Below are positions 1-10,692 of a DNA stretch of 64,000 nucleotides, piece by piece. Location: the NCBI GenBank assembly GCA_049968255.1, contig JBMFRB010000001.1, forward strand, positions 32,001 to 96,000. Direction: 5' to 3'. This DNA is from Candidatus Sumerlaeaceae bacterium (lineage in GTDB: Bacteria > Sumerlaeota > Sumerlaeia > Sumerlaeales > Sumerlaeaceae). The notes under the pieces are model-generated. The model did no database searches, was not told the DNA's origin, and worked only from the letters and a program-made list of their open reading frames with translations. Position 1 is the stretch's first letter. Each line of letters begins with the position of its first letter. A program made the position numbers and the translations under genes.

Positions 1-39
1 GTTACGAAAAGTTGCTTCAGGAGAGGAGTAATCGGCGCA

Positions 40-861
40 GTGATCCTCGATGACATCGTTGCCTATAAACGTGAGTTCATTGCCGCGTGCAAACTCAGGC
101 GTCCGCTGAGCGAGCTCAAATCCGTAATCGCGGATCTGGAGCCCGCAGCGGATTTTCTCTCAGCAATTAAACGTGGCAGCGAGCTGGTGCCCAGAGTCAT
201 TGCGGAAATCAAGAAAGCATCGCCGTCGAAGGGCATTATTTGCCCGCAGTTTGCCCCCACAGAAATCGCGCAAAGCTATGCGGCGCACGGCGCAGCGGCT
301 TTGAGCGTTCTTACAGACGAAGAATTCTTCCAGGGCCACCTCGACTATCTCGCCGCCGTGCATGCAGCGCTCCCGGCAATGCCACTCTTGCGCAAGGACT
401 TCACAATAGACGAATACCAAATCTATGAGGCACGTGTCGCTGGAGCATCGTGTGTTCTGCTGATAGCCGCAATCCTGGATAGGCACCAGCTTGTGGATTT
501 TCGAGAACTTGCGCGTGAACTCGGCATGGCTGCTTTGACGGAGGTCCATTTGGAGAGAGAGGCAGATCTTGCAGCAGAGTACGGCGCGCGCCTGATCGGT
601 ATCAACAACCGCGATCTGCGAACGTTCGAGGTCGATCTAGCGACGACTGAGCGTATCATTCGCCTCTTGGGTGGACCCTCGCTTGATTTCACTTTTGTCG
701 CCGAAAGCGGAATTAGCAATCCTGAGAACGTCGCTTATTTGGCGCGCCTCGGTGTCGACGCGATGCTCATCGGCGAGAGCTTCATGCGGGCCCCTGATCC
801 TGGGGTGGCTTTGGCTGAGCTTCTGACGGAGTCCCGGGCGCTGCTGGAAGCCGGAGATTAG
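40..861 (+). CDS. trpC: indole-3-glycerol phosphate synthase
   Basis: IAEIKKASPSKG, LSVLTDEEFFQG, LRKDF, GINNRDL and AESGI motifs; GGAG RBS upstream. Confidence 0.97.
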   Translation: MILDDIVAYKREFIAACKLRRPLSELKSVIADLEPAADFLSAIKRGSELVPRVIAEIKKASPSKGIICPQFAPTEIAQSYAAHGAAALSVLTDEEFFQGHLDYLAAVHAALPAMPLLRKDFTIDEYQIYEARVAGASCVLLIAAILDRHQLVDFRELARELGMAALTEVHLEREADLAAEYGARLIGINNRDLRTFEVDLATTERIIRLLGGPSLDFTFVAESGISNPENVAYLARLGVDAMLIGESFMRAPDPGVALAELLTESRALLEAGD

Positions 862-862
862 G

Positions 863-1735
863 ATGATGGAAGTTCCACAGCCAATTGTGGTGACGGGCGC
901 AAGTGGACACACAGGAGTCCGCCTGACAAAGCGTTTCCTTGAGAGAGGATGGCAGGTGCGCGCCGTAACGCGTGAGCCGTCGCTGATCCCAGTGGAACTT
1001 CGCCGAGAAATGGAGATTTGTCGGGTTGACCTCACCGTGCCGGAGGAGGCGCGCGAAGCGATGCGTGGCGCGAGAAGTCTCGTAGCAATGACGCATATTC
1101 GCATGGCTCCCCTGATCATTGCGGCGATGCAAGCCGAAGGAGTACAGCGTGCTGTGTTCATGTCCTCAACCCGCCGTTTCACGCGCTTTCCGGAGGAATC
1201 CGCGCGCGCAGTGATTGCCGGCGAAGAAGCCGTCATGCGCTCGGACCTGGACTGGACAATCATGAGAGCGTCGATGATCTACGGCGGCAAACGCGACAAT
1301 AACATCGAGCATCTCGTGCAATGGCTCACGAAGCTTCCCCTTTTTCCGTTACCGGCTGGCGGCCGAATGCTTTGGCAACCGGTATTTACGTGGGATGTCG
1401 TTGCGGCCATCGAGGCCGCGCTTGAGCGTGACATTTCTATTCGAAAGGTTTACACGCTTGCAGGCCCCGCCCCTCTTTCGCTGCGCGAAATGATCGAAAC
1501 CATTCTTCGTGTGGCCTGCAAACGCTGCCTTTTGGTGCCTATCCCAATCCCCCTGATGATGGTGGCTGCGAAAGTTCTCGCGGTCATGATGAGCCGTCCG
1601 CCGATCCGTCCTGACCAAATCCAGCGGCTGTTGGAAGACAAAGTGTTCGATATTTCCGAAGCACAGCGTGATCTCGATTTTCGTCCCATCTCCTTTGAGG
1701 ACGGCATTCGCCGCAAACTATCCGGCACAGCCTGA
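863..1735 (+). CDS. NAD(P)-dependent epimerase/dehydratase, atypical SDR (NDUFA9-like)
   Basis: N-terminal VTGASGHTG Rossmann motif, DWTIMRASMIYG; 1 nt after trpC stop. Confidence 0.8.
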   Translation: MMEVPQPIVVTGASGHTGVRLTKRFLERGWQVRAVTREPSLIPVELRREMEICRVDLTVPEEAREAMRGARSLVAMTHIRMAPLIIAAMQAEGVQRAVFMSSTRRFTRFPEESARAVIAGEEAVMRSDLDWTIMRASMIYGGKRDNNIEHLVQWLTKLPLFPLPAGGRMLWQPVFTWDVVAAIEAALERDISIRKVYTLAGPAPLSLREMIETILRVACKRCLLVPIPIPLMMVAAKVLAVMMSRPPIRPDQIQRLLEDKVFDISEAQRDLDFRPISFEDGIRRKLSGTA

Positions 1736-1838
1736 ACTTTTCTTATCGCTTTCCGAGCTCGATTGTGCACCTTTGCACATGGAGAGCATACAGCTCAAAC
1801 GTGCTTGAGGTGTCGCCTTTGGGAAAGGAGCGCGGACC

Positions 1839-4800
1839 ATGCAGCGCGTGTTTATAATGACCCTTGCCATTGTTTGGATATGCGTTGTCACCGTTTACGC
1901 ATCAGCCCCAAGCCCACAACCACTCGAGAAGGCACGCCAAGCGCTAAGCGAACAGTCGTACGCGATCGCAGCGCGTTACTTTGAACAAGCGTTTAGCCAA
2001 CAGCTCGACGAGCCAGAACGCCGCGAAGCGACTTATGGCCGCGCGATTTGTACGCTGAAGCTCGGTGAAACCGAGCAGGCGCGGCAGGCTTTCGAAAAAC
2101 TGCTTCAGGAGCCCCGGGAGGACAAATGGCGCGGCTTAGCCCTTTGGCAGCTCAGTGTGATCCAGGCCCGTGACGGCGTTTCGCCCGACGAGGAGACATC
2201 GCTTAGCAAGCAGATCGAAGAGGCCGATCGAATCATAACCCAAAAAGCTTCTGAGTCTTACGGTGAATTCGCGCGCAGCGTGATTGACGATATTTTCCCT
2301 TATTGGTGGCCGACTCGTGCGAGAGAAAAAGAATTTCAGATTCGCTTCTTCGACAAAACAATCGAGGCCACGAAAAAAGAAGCCGACATCGCCGAGCTGC
2401 ACCGACGCCGCGCAGAATTTCGCTACCAGCGCATGGAAAGCGGAGAGCAAATTTATATCCATGACCTGCGGGCAATCGTGCGGGAGTTCCCCAAGACGTC
2501 GGCAGCCCGACAAGCTCAGCTTAGCATTGCTCATTTAGTGACGCAGCGGGGCAAACTGAAAGCTGCGCTGGAGGAATGGAAACGGCTTGTCGAATTGGGC
2601 CCGGAAAGCGCAGAAGCGCGGGAAGCACAACGCAACATCGAGCAAATCACCAAGGAATTCCTTGATCTAGAGATCAACCCATCAGCGCTGCCAGGCCAAG
2701 CAATCCGCGTGGGTGTGGCTGCACGCAATGTCAACTCGTGCGCCATCGTCCTCTATCGCGTGAAGCCGGAGGAAGCACTCCGTGTCCTTCAGGCGGACCC
2801 ATCCGCCCTCGAAAAGCTCATAAAAACTGACGCTCCTATCGTGACAAAACGAGTGGAGCTTCCAAGACGCGACGATTACCGCGGGACCACGACTTCTGTG
2901 ATCTTCGATCCGGCCCGTCCGACCGAGCACTTCGACAGAGGCATGTATGTTGTCGCGTGCCGGGGAGACAACGCGCGGGCTTATCGCCTTGTGGTTATTG
3001 GGAACCTCACACTAATGGCCACAACAAGCGGACGAGAGCTACATTTCTGGACCGTCACGTCAAGCGATGGGAGGCCACGAACACGCGCACGCCTATTGCT
3101 TTGGCTCGAGGATCAAGGGGCTCGCAAGGTGGGTCGTAAACATCCAAAAGCTGAAAGAAATGAAGAGATCGTTGAACTCACAACTGACGAAAATGGTTTT
3201 GCAAAATTTCAATTCGCGGCGGGAGTGACAAGCACACGTTTTGCTGCAGTGGCACTCGATGGCGACGATTGCGCCTTGCTATCACAGCAATCCACTTACT
3301 TTGAGCCACGTGTGGCTCAGGCAACGTGTTACGTGTATACGGACCGCCCCGCCTACCGCCCGGGCGATAGAGTGTTCTGGCGAGCAATACTGCGCGAGCT
3401 GCAAGAGGGAGATTACAAGCTGCCGAAGAATACCCGGTTCAAGGTTACGGTCATAAGTCCTCGCGGTGAGAAGGCATCGGCGCAAGAATGCGTGGCGAAT
3501 GATTTTGGCACAGCCTCGGGCGAGTGGACCATTGCTTCGGGAGCGTCGCTAGGCCTTTGGCGGATTGCACTGAGCGATAGTAAAGGCACGGAAATCGGCT
3601 CGGCGCAATTTCGCGTTGAGGAATACAAAAAGCCCGAATTCATCGTGACGGTGACAGCGCAAGAGAAGCTGGTGCGGTGGGGCACATCGGTCACCGCTCA
3701 GATTTCTGCGCAGTATTTGTTCGGCGCTCCCGTGGCAAACGCTGCCGTCCATTACACGGTCACAGCACGCCCGCGATATTGGTGGTCCCCCTTAGCACCA
3801 TGGGCAAGAGGCCTCTCATGGTTTGATGGGGATGCGCGTCAAGTTCCTCCGCCTTTGTATTTCGGCGACGGTGTCCGCGTCGCGGAAGGCAAGGCGACGA
3901 CCAACGCCAGCGGCATCTGCTCAGTAAGCTTCCTGGCAAAATGTCCCGAGCGCATGGAGAAACATGAGGTGACGACCTATGATTTTGTTATCACGGCCTC
4001 GGTGACTGACCCTAGCCGAAGAGTCATTGATGGCTCGGCGAGCATTGCTGTGGGGAAAAAAGCGCTCAATGTGAACGTTCGTAGTGAGCGCAGCGTGCTG
4101 TCGCCGGGCGACATGGCCGTCGTCACGATCGAAACCAGAAATATCGGCGGCGACATGGTAGGGGCCAAGGGGACAATCGCTGTCGAAAAACTGACGTGGG
4201 ACGAACTCAAGGGGAACGAGATTCCCACAACGCTCTCCCTTGAGAAAATCGAAGTTCCGCCCAGCGGCGAACTCACGTACCAGTGGCGGTTGCCCAAAGA
4301 CTTGGTTGGTCGAGTGCGCATGCTTTTTATTGCCGAGGACCCGTTTGCTGGCACGAGCGTTGACGCGTGCATTATCAATGTCGCCGATGATCAGACACAG
4401 GACTTGGGTATTCGCTATCAGGGTATTCAGCTCATTCCCAACAAGTCTTCGTATGAAATTGGCGAAACAGCGCGCATCCTCGTACTGTCCGAATACCCTG
4501 AGGTATCGGCGTGGTTCTTTGTGGATACGGGGAGCGGGTTCGTCCTAGAGAAACTAGCGCATTTACGCTACCGCACAAATTTTCTCGAGGTGCCGATTAC
4601 CGAAGCGTACGTGCCCAATGTGCAAATCGCCGTAGCGGCAGTTCGTGGACGGCAGGTTCTCTCGCATCATGTCGAGCTGCTTGTCCCTCCGAAGCGCCGA
4701 ATCCTGCAGGTCGACGTACGCACCGATCGTGACAGCTATCGTCCGCGCGAAAAAGGAACACTCGAAATCAAGGTGCGCTCCTGGGACGGGAAGCCTGTGC

Positions 4801-7376
4801 GCGGAGAGTTCTCAGTCAGCGTTTACGACAAGGCGATTGAGTACATCCAAGCTAGTATGCGTGGAGACGTGCGGCAATTTTTTTACGGCCACAAGCGCCG
4901 CATCTCGGTGGAGATCGCAAACTCACTGGTGGCACCGGCTCTCCACCGCAGCACATTACCCCCGCCTGGTCCCTACGACTATGATCTTTTTGCTTCGATG
5001 GGAAGCGAAAGCGAGCTGGGAAACAATGATTTGCGCGACGTTTTTGTGCGGTCGCGGCGAGCTGAGACTACTCTGATGCCAGCGTCTGCCCCTGACGTCG
5101 CCATGATGAGGGCAGCGGCGAGCAAGGAGCAGCCAGCCGAGGCCAAAGAAAGAGGCGGGGCATTCGCACAGCCTGTTCTTCGTACGGACTTTCGCGACAG
5201 TATTGTGTGGCTGCCAAATGTTGTGACGGACAAAAATGGAATGGCCCACGTCACAGTGACCTTTCCTGACTCACTTACCACGTGGCGAATCGAAGTCGTT
5301 GGTGTGGACGAGAAACATCGCGTTGGTGAAGACTCAACGCTCACGTTGGTGCAGAAAAACATCTCGGCCCGACTGGCTTTGCCTCGCTTCCTCGTGGAAC
5401 GCGATCGCGCTACGGTTTCGGCTATCGTTCGCAACGATTACAGCGACACAAAAACCGTGCTCGTGCATTTCAATGTTGCGGGAGTGGAACTTTCGGATAG
5501 GGACCAGCAGAAACGGGAGCAAGAGCTCGTGATTGCGCCAGCGAGTGAAGCCAGGCTCGACTGGCGCGTGGAAGCAACGCGAGCAGGGACAGCGTCGATG
5601 AGTGTCGTGGCGCTTGCCAGAGAAGAAAGCGACGCCACCGAAACCAGTATTCCCGTCATTGCACACGGCCTCGATAAGAAGGTCTTCCGAGTCGGCTCGA
5701 CTAGCGATATCACGACCGGAACTCGTCGCGTGGAGCACAAAGGCGACGTGTGCGTGATTTCTGATGAAATTTTTGTGCCGTCGCAAAGAATTCTGGAGAG
5801 CTCTCGCCTCGCGCTGCGACTGAGTCCCTCGCTTGCGGCTCAGCTCCGCGACGCCCTCCCCTACCTCGTGGAGTACCCTTACGGGTGCGTCGAGCAGACA
5901 ATGAGCCGATTCTTGCCAGCGGCAATAGTGGCGAAAACCTTCCAGGACCTTGAAATTCCGCGCGACCAGTTTCTGGAAGAGCGTTTGCCGGAGGTACTGC
6001 GTGCAGGCATCGAGCGCCTTCGCGATTTTCAACACAACGATGGATCGTGGGGCTGGTGGAAAGAGGGGCCTACTGATGCATACATGAGCGCTCATGTCAT
6101 GTATGGCCTGACGTTGGCTCGCGAAGCCGATTGCGAGATCCCGGACGAGATGTTGAGCCAAGGACTCGAGTTTCTCTCGCGCAGGGCTCATGCTCTTGCC
6201 GATGCAGGCTGGAGCTCATTGCATGGCTCGCATTACGAGAACCTCCAGGAACTTCATGCGTTGGCGTACGGAACGCTTGTGCTGGCGATGAACAATAAAG
6301 CCGATCGAGAAGCGATGAACCGACTGTGGGAGCAACGCGAAAACTTGTCGCCAGTAGGACTGGCGATGCTTGGCAGAGCACTCGCACTGACTGGCCAAAC
6401 CGAGCGCGCCAACATCGTGTTGCGCAATCTCATGAACTTCGCAGTGGAAATGCCGGACAACGACACGGTTCACTGGGAAAGCCGAACTCAGTCAGGCTGG
6501 TACTGGTGGTGGAACGACAACGTCGAGGCAACATGCCATGCGCTCATGGCCTATCTCGACACTTCGCCGAAGGCTTCGGAAATCGATCGTGCTGTGAAAT
6601 GGCTGGTGCTCAACCGTCGCGGCTCGCAGTGGAAATCAACAAAGGACACAGGATTGGCCGTCATGGCGCTAGCCCAATATCTGAAATTGCGAAGGCCTGA
6701 TGCGCAGCCCACACGGATTGTGGCCAAGTTGGGCGCATTTCCAGAACGCGAATTCAACATCGGACGGGAAAATTTCTTTGCAGCCGCTCCAGACATCATT
6801 CTTGAGGGCAAAGCTGTGCCAGACGGGATCATTCCGCTGCGGTTGGAAGTGGAAGGGCCGGCACCTGTTTACTATGAGCTCACAGCCGAGTACTTTACGC
6901 GCGAAGAGCCAATCACAAGTGCCTCGCACGAATTGGTCGTCGAGCGATCCTACGATATTTGCGTGAAGAGCGAAAAACGCGAAGACGGACACATTGAGGA
7001 CATGTGGGAGCCTCTGCGAGATGGCGACGAGATTCGTTCTGGCGACAAAGTGCGAGTGACTCTTCGGGTCCACGCCTATAACGATTATGAATATCTCGTT
7101 TTCGAGGATCCTAAGCCAGCCGGTTGCGAAGCTGTCGAAATACGTAGCGGCTGGACCTGCGACGACGGGCTTTGCTGCTATCGTGAGATGCGCGACCAAG
7201 TGGTGACATCTTTTGTGGGTCGATTGCCACAGGGCGAGCATCGCCTTTCTTACGAGCTGCGGGCCGAAACGCCGGGAAAATTTCACACATTGCCAGCGCG
7301 CGGCTACGCGATGTACTGCCCCGACCTGTATGGAAGCAGCGACGAGCTTCGCGTGACTGTGCTGGACAGGAAGTAG
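1839..7376 (+). CDS. alpha-2-macroglobulin family protein with N-terminal TPR repeats
   Basis: Signal peptide; TPR-like N-terminus; YTDRPAYRPGD (MG2), FPDSLTTWR, thioester YPYGCVEQTMS (5883-5897), QHNDGSWGWW, LRAETPGKF. Confidence 0.95.
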   Translation: MQRVFIMTLAIVWICVVTVYASAPSPQPLEKARQALSEQSYAIAARYFEQAFSQQLDEPERREATYGRAICTLKLGETEQARQAFEKLLQEPREDKWRGLALWQLSVIQARDGVSPDEETSLSKQIEEADRIITQKASESYGEFARSVIDDIFPYWWPTRAREKEFQIRFFDKTIEATKKEADIAELHRRRAEFRYQRMESGEQIYIHDLRAIVREFPKTSAARQAQLSIAHLVTQRGKLKAALEEWKRLVELGPESAEAREAQRNIEQITKEFLDLEINPSALPGQAIRVGVAARNVNSCAIVLYRVKPEEALRVLQADPSALEKLIKTDAPIVTKRVELPRRDDYRGTTTSVIFDPARPTEHFDRGMYVVACRGDNARAYRLVVIGNLTLMATTSGRELHFWTVTSSDGRPRTRARLLLWLEDQGARKVGRKHPKAERNEEIVELTTDENGFAKFQFAAGVTSTRFAAVALDGDDCALLSQQSTYFEPRVAQATCYVYTDRPAYRPGDRVFWRAILRELQEGDYKLPKNTRFKVTVISPRGEKASAQECVANDFGTASGEWTIASGASLGLWRIALSDSKGTEIGSAQFRVEEYKKPEFIVTVTAQEKLVRWGTSVTAQISAQYLFGAPVANAAVHYTVTARPRYWWSPLAPWARGLSWFDGDARQVPPPLYFGDGVRVAEGKATTNASGICSVSFLAKCPERMEKHEVTTYDFVITASVTDPSRRVIDGSASIAVGKKALNVNVRSERSVLSPGDMAVVTIETRNIGGDMVGAKGTIAVEKLTWDELKGNEIPTTLSLEKIEVPPSGELTYQWRLPKDLVGRVRMLFIAEDPFAGTSVDACIINVADDQTQDLGIRYQGIQLIPNKSSYEIGETARILVLSEYPEVSAWFFVDTGSGFVLEKLAHLRYRTNFLEVPITEAYVPNVQIAVAAVRGRQVLSHHVELLVPPKRRILQVDVRTDRDSYRPREKGTLEIKVRSWDGKPVRGEFSVSVYDKAIEYIQASMRGDVRQFFYGHKRRISVEIANSLVAPALHRSTLPPPGPYDYDLFASMGSESELGNNDLRDVFVRSRRAETTLMPASAPDVAMMRAAASKEQPAEAKERGGAFAQPVLRTDFRDSIVWLPNVVTDKNGMAHVTVTFPDSLTTWRIEVVGVDEKHRVGEDSTLTLVQKNISARLALPRFLVERDRATVSAIVRNDYSDTKTVLVHFNVAGVELSDRDQQKREQELVIAPASEARLDWRVEATRAGTASMSVVALAREESDATETSIPVIAHGLDKKVFRVGSTSDITTGTRRVEHKGDVCVISDEIFVPSQRILESSRLALRLSPSLAAQLRDALPYLVEYPYGCVEQTMSRFLPAAIVAKTFQDLEIPRDQFLEERLPEVLRAGIERLRDFQHNDGSWGWWKEGPTDAYMSAHVMYGLTLAREADCEIPDEMLSQGLEFLSRRAHALADAGWSSLHGSHYENLQELHALAYGTLVLAMNNKADREAMNRLWEQRENLSPVGLAMLGRALALTGQTERANIVLRNLMNFAVEMPDNDTVHWESRTQSGWYWWWNDNVEATCHALMAYLDTSPKASEIDRAVKWLVLNRRGSQWKSTKDTGLAVMALAQYLKLRRPDAQPTRIVAKLGAFPEREFNIGRENFFAAAPDIILEGKAVPDGIIPLRLEVEGPAPVYYELTAEYFTREEPITSASHELVVERSYDICVKSEKREDGHIEDMWEPLRDGDEIRSGDKVRVTLRVHAYNDYEYLVFEDPKPAGCEAVEIRSGWTCDDGLCCYREMRDQVVTSFVGRLPQGEHRLSYELRAETPGKFHTLPARGYAMYCPDLYGSSDELRVTVLDRK

Positions 7377-7475
7377 CAGACGCCAGCTAAGGTTACTCTG
7401 ACTTGACGCTACAGGCCTAGCAGACCGCCATCGCGCAAAAAGGAGGTGCGGAGCCCTACCGCCAGCGACGGCATG

Positions 7476-8510
7476 TCACGCTAAAGGTCCGCTGAGCCTC
7501 TTTCGGTTGCCATACATGCGCTCGTAGTAGTTGCGGAACTCGCCGCTGATGATGCGTTCCCACCAGGGACGGTTTTCGAGGTACCACCGGACAGTTGAGG
7601 CTAGTCCTTCCTCGAAGGAAATGAGCGGTTGCCAACCGAGCTCTGTCCGAATTTTGGTGGAGTCTATCGCGTACCGACGGTCGTGCCCCAGCCGATCCTC
7701 GACGTGGCACAGTAGCGATGTGGGCTTATCGAGAATCTGAAGGAGTAAGCGGAGCACCTCGATGTTTGGGCGCTCGTTGACCCCTCCGATATTGTAGACT
7801 TCGCCAACTCGACCGCTTTCGAGCACCAGCTCGATCCCTCGGCAATGATCTGAGACGTGCAACCATTCGCGCCGCTGCATGCCATCGCCATAGACAGGAA
7901 TCTCGCGATCGTGAAGCACGTTGATGATCGACAGGGGCAAGAGTTTCTCAGGATATTGATAGGGGCCATAATTGTTCGAGCATCGCGTAATCAGTACCGG
8001 AAGTCCAAAAGTGTGATAATAAGCTAACGCCAGGTGATCTGCGGCCGCCTTGCTCGCCGAATAAGGACTTCGCGGCGCAAGCGGGGTTGCTTCGGTAAAT
8101 GCTCCGGTCGCGCCCAGGCTCCCGTAAACCTCGTCGGTGGAGATCTGGACAAAGCGCGCGATCCCGTGGCGGCGCGCGGCGTCCAGTAACGTCTGCGTCC
8201 CTAAAACGTTCGTGCGCAGAAAAACGTGCGGATTCTCGATTGAGCGATCAACATGCGACTCCGCCGCAAAGTTCACAACTGCATCAAAACGATGTGTGCG
8301 GAATAGCTCGTCAACAAGCGCCGCGTCAGCAATGTCGCCGTGGACAAAAGTATAATTAGGGTGCTGCTCCACATCGCACAAATTTTCTGGGTTTCCCGCA
8401 TAGGTGAGAAGGTCTATGTTGACGATATGATCGTGCGGATGTTCGCGCAGATGAGCACGTATAAAATTGGTGCCAATGAAACCGCAGCCGCCTGTGACGA
8501 GAAGTTTCAT
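7476..8510 (-). CDS. rfbB: dTDP-glucose 4,6-dehydratase
   Basis: VTGGCGFIG, AAESHVDRSI, STDEVYG, YSASK, DRLGHDRRY. Confidence 0.96.
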   Translation of the reverse strand: MKLLVTGGCGFIGTNFIRAHLREHPHDHIVNIDLLTYAGNPENLCDVEQHPNYTFVHGDIADAALVDELFRTHRFDAVVNFAAESHVDRSIENPHVFLRTNVLGTQTLLDAARRHGIARFVQISTDEVYGSLGATGAFTEATPLAPRSPYSASKAAADHLALAYYHTFGLPVLITRCSNNYGPYQYPEKLLPLSIINVLHDREIPVYGDGMQRREWLHVSDHCRGIELVLESGRVGEVYNIGGVNERPNIEVLRLLLQILDKPTSLLCHVEDRLGHDRRYAIDSTKIRTELGWQPLISFEEGLASTVRWYLENRPWWERIISGEFRNYYERMYGNRKRLSGPLA

Positions 8511-8573
8511 AACGTTCTCCGAACAAACTACCGATTTTCTGTTCTAAGTTACGTAAATGAGACCACTTCAAAC

Positions 8574-9155
8574 ATGAACCCATTGCAAAAAAATTTCATC
8601 GAGTACCACAAACTCCCGGTTATTGTAAGAGCTTTTATTTTTCGGGTTGGTTCCAAACCGTTTCCCGTCACGCTGGGAGCGAACGAGCTTGGCCTTGTTC
8701 AGTGTCGCATAGGCGAATCAGATCTCAGAGAGCTTGCTGCAGATGCACCAGGCGACGAACCACACGGGGCTAGGGTCATCCTGGAAGCTGCAGCCGGACA
8801 ATTGGCTGAGTATTTCGCTGGAAATCTCATTGCGTTCACGATCCCACTGATGCCGCGGGGCACCGATTTTCAACTGCAGGTGTGGCAGGCCACTTGCCAA
8901 ATTCCTTATGGTCAGACTCGCAGCTACTGGTGGGTGGCGGTGCGAATGGGTAATCCTTATGCCACACGGGCAGTTGGCGGAGCTCTGGGCGCCAACCCTC
9001 TGCCGCTCTTCATCCCATGCCACCGCGTCGTGCGCCACGATGGGACGTTTGGTGGCTTTCGGCCAGGGCCGGAGTGGAAGCAATTGCTTCTTGAGCACGA
9101 GCAACGCCACAGGGACAAGCTCTATGAAATTCACTGGCCAACGCGGCATCCTTGA
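8574..9155 (+). CDS. ogt: methylated-DNA--protein-cysteine methyltransferase
   Basis: GTDFQLQVW, IPYGQTRSY, RAVG, active site PCHRVV; start moved from 8340 (overlaps rfbB) to ATG 8574. Confidence 0.88.
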   Translation: MNPLQKNFIEYHKLPVIVRAFIFRVGSKPFPVTLGANELGLVQCRIGESDLRELAADAPGDEPHGARVILEAAAGQLAEYFAGNLIAFTIPLMPRGTDFQLQVWQATCQIPYGQTRSYWWVAVRMGNPYATRAVGGALGANPLPLFIPCHRVVRHDGTFGGFRPGPEWKQLLLEHEQRHRDKLYEIHWPTRHP

Positions 9156-9219
9156 GCGTTGAAATAAAACCAGCCGCGGCGAACATACGCGAAAAATCGA
9201 GCTACCGGACTAAGGCGAA

Positions 9220-10692
9220 GTGACGATGGAACTGTTTCGAATGACAGCGCATGAATTGTCGAGCCTGCTACGTCGGCGCGAAGTGACGAGCTACGAGCTC
9301 ACACGCGCCGTGTTGACGCGCATTGCCGAAGTTGAACCGAAAGTGCAGGCCTACATCAGCGTGACCGGCGAGGAAGCGCTTCGCATGGCCAAAAATGCCG
9401 ACGAGTTGCTGGCGAAGGGCGAGGCCCCAAGTCCGCTTACGGGCATTCCCGTCGCTATTAAAGACAACATGTGTACTCGGGGAACTTTGACGACGTGCGC
9501 TTCAAAAATACTCGGCAATTTTGTGCCACCTTATGATGCGACAACCGTAGCGCGGCTTCGCGCGCGGAGAGCGGTCTTTGTCGGTAAGACAAACATGGAC
9601 GAGTTTGCAATGGGCTCCTCGACCGAAAATTCGGGGATGAAGCCTACGTTCAATCCTTGGGATCTCACGCGTATTCCAGGCGGTTCGAGCGGCGGAAGCG
9701 CGGCGGCTGTGGCTGCGGATATGGCTATCGTGGCCACCGGCAGCGACACAGGTGGCTCGATTCGCCAACCTGCAGCATTTTGCGGCGTTGTTGGTCTGAA
9801 GCCGACCTATGGATTGGTGTCGCGCTATGGCCTTGTCGCGTTTGCGTCGTCGCTCGATCAAATCGGACCTATTACGAAGGACGTTACAGATGCGGCGCTG
9901 CTCCTCAATGAGCTGGCAGGACATGATCCGATGGATTCTACGAGCGCCAAGATCGAGCCGCCAGATTATACGACATTTTTGGGACGCGATGTGCGTGAGT
10001 TGCGCGTGGGGTTGCCGCGCGAGTTCTTTGGCGAAGGGCTCGACGCGGAGGTCGAACAGGCCGTGCGTGGCGCCCTTGCCGAGCTGGAAAACCTGGGCGC
10101 GGAAATCATCGAGGTTTCGCTGCCGCACTCGCCTTATGCCGTGGCGACGTACTACCTTTGTGCGACAGCCGAAGCGAGCTCAAATCTTGCTCGTTACGAT
10201 GGAGTGAAATACGGCCTGCGCGTGGAAGCGGACAATATCGTTGACATGTTTTCGCGCACACGCAGTGCGGGCTTTGGCACCGAAGTGAAGCGCCGCATCA
10301 TGCTGGGCACCTATGCTCTAAGCGCGGGCTATTACGACGCGTATTATCTGAAAGCCCTGAAAGTCCGCACGCTTATCAAAAGAGATTTCGACAAAGCATT
10401 CGAGCAGTGCGATGTCATCGCAGGTCCAACAACCCCTACACCTGCGTTTCGCCTGGGGGAAAAGACCGCAAATCCGTTGGAAATGTATCTCAGCGACATC
10501 TTCACGATTTCCGTGAATCTCGCGGGGATTTGTGGAATTTCCGTCCCATGTGGCATCACCAGCTCGAACCTACCCATTGGGCTTCAGTTGATTGCACCCG
10601 CATTCGAAGAGGGACGCCTGTTCACAGTGGCGCACGCCTATGAGCAGGCGACGGATTGGCACCGAAAACGGGCCCAGCACGTTACTCTGTAG
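9220..10692 (+). CDS. gatA: Asp/Glu-tRNA amidotransferase subunit A
   Basis: [44 protein letters not shown]. Confidence 0.97.
   Translation: MTMELFRMTAHELSSLLRRREVTSYELTRAVLTRIAEVEPKVQAYISVTGEEALRMAKNADELLAKGEAPSPLTGIPVAIKDNMCTRGTLTTCASKILGNFVPPYDATTVARLRARRAVFVGKTNMDEFAMGSSTENSGMKPTFNPWDLTRIPGGSSGGSAAAVAADMAIVATGSDTGGSIRQPAAFCGVVGLKPTYGLVSRYGLVAFASSLDQIGPITKDVTDAALLLNELAGHDPMDSTSAKIEPPDYTTFLGRDVRELRVGLPREFFGEGLDAEVEQAVRGALAELENLGAEIIEVSLPHSPYAVATYYLCATAEASSNLARYDGVKYGLRVEADNIVDMFSRTRSAGFGTEVKRRIMLGTYALSAGYYDAYYLKALKVRTLIKRDFDKAFEQCDVIAGPTTPTPAFRLGEKTANPLEMYLSDIFTISVNLAGICGISVPCGITSSNLPIGLQLIAPAFEEGRLFTVAHAYEQATDWHRKRAQHVTL

Noticed and set aside
8340-8573. N-terminal extension of ogt in the ORF track
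   Set aside because: Overlaps the start of divergent rfbB; a later ATG gives a normal-length protein
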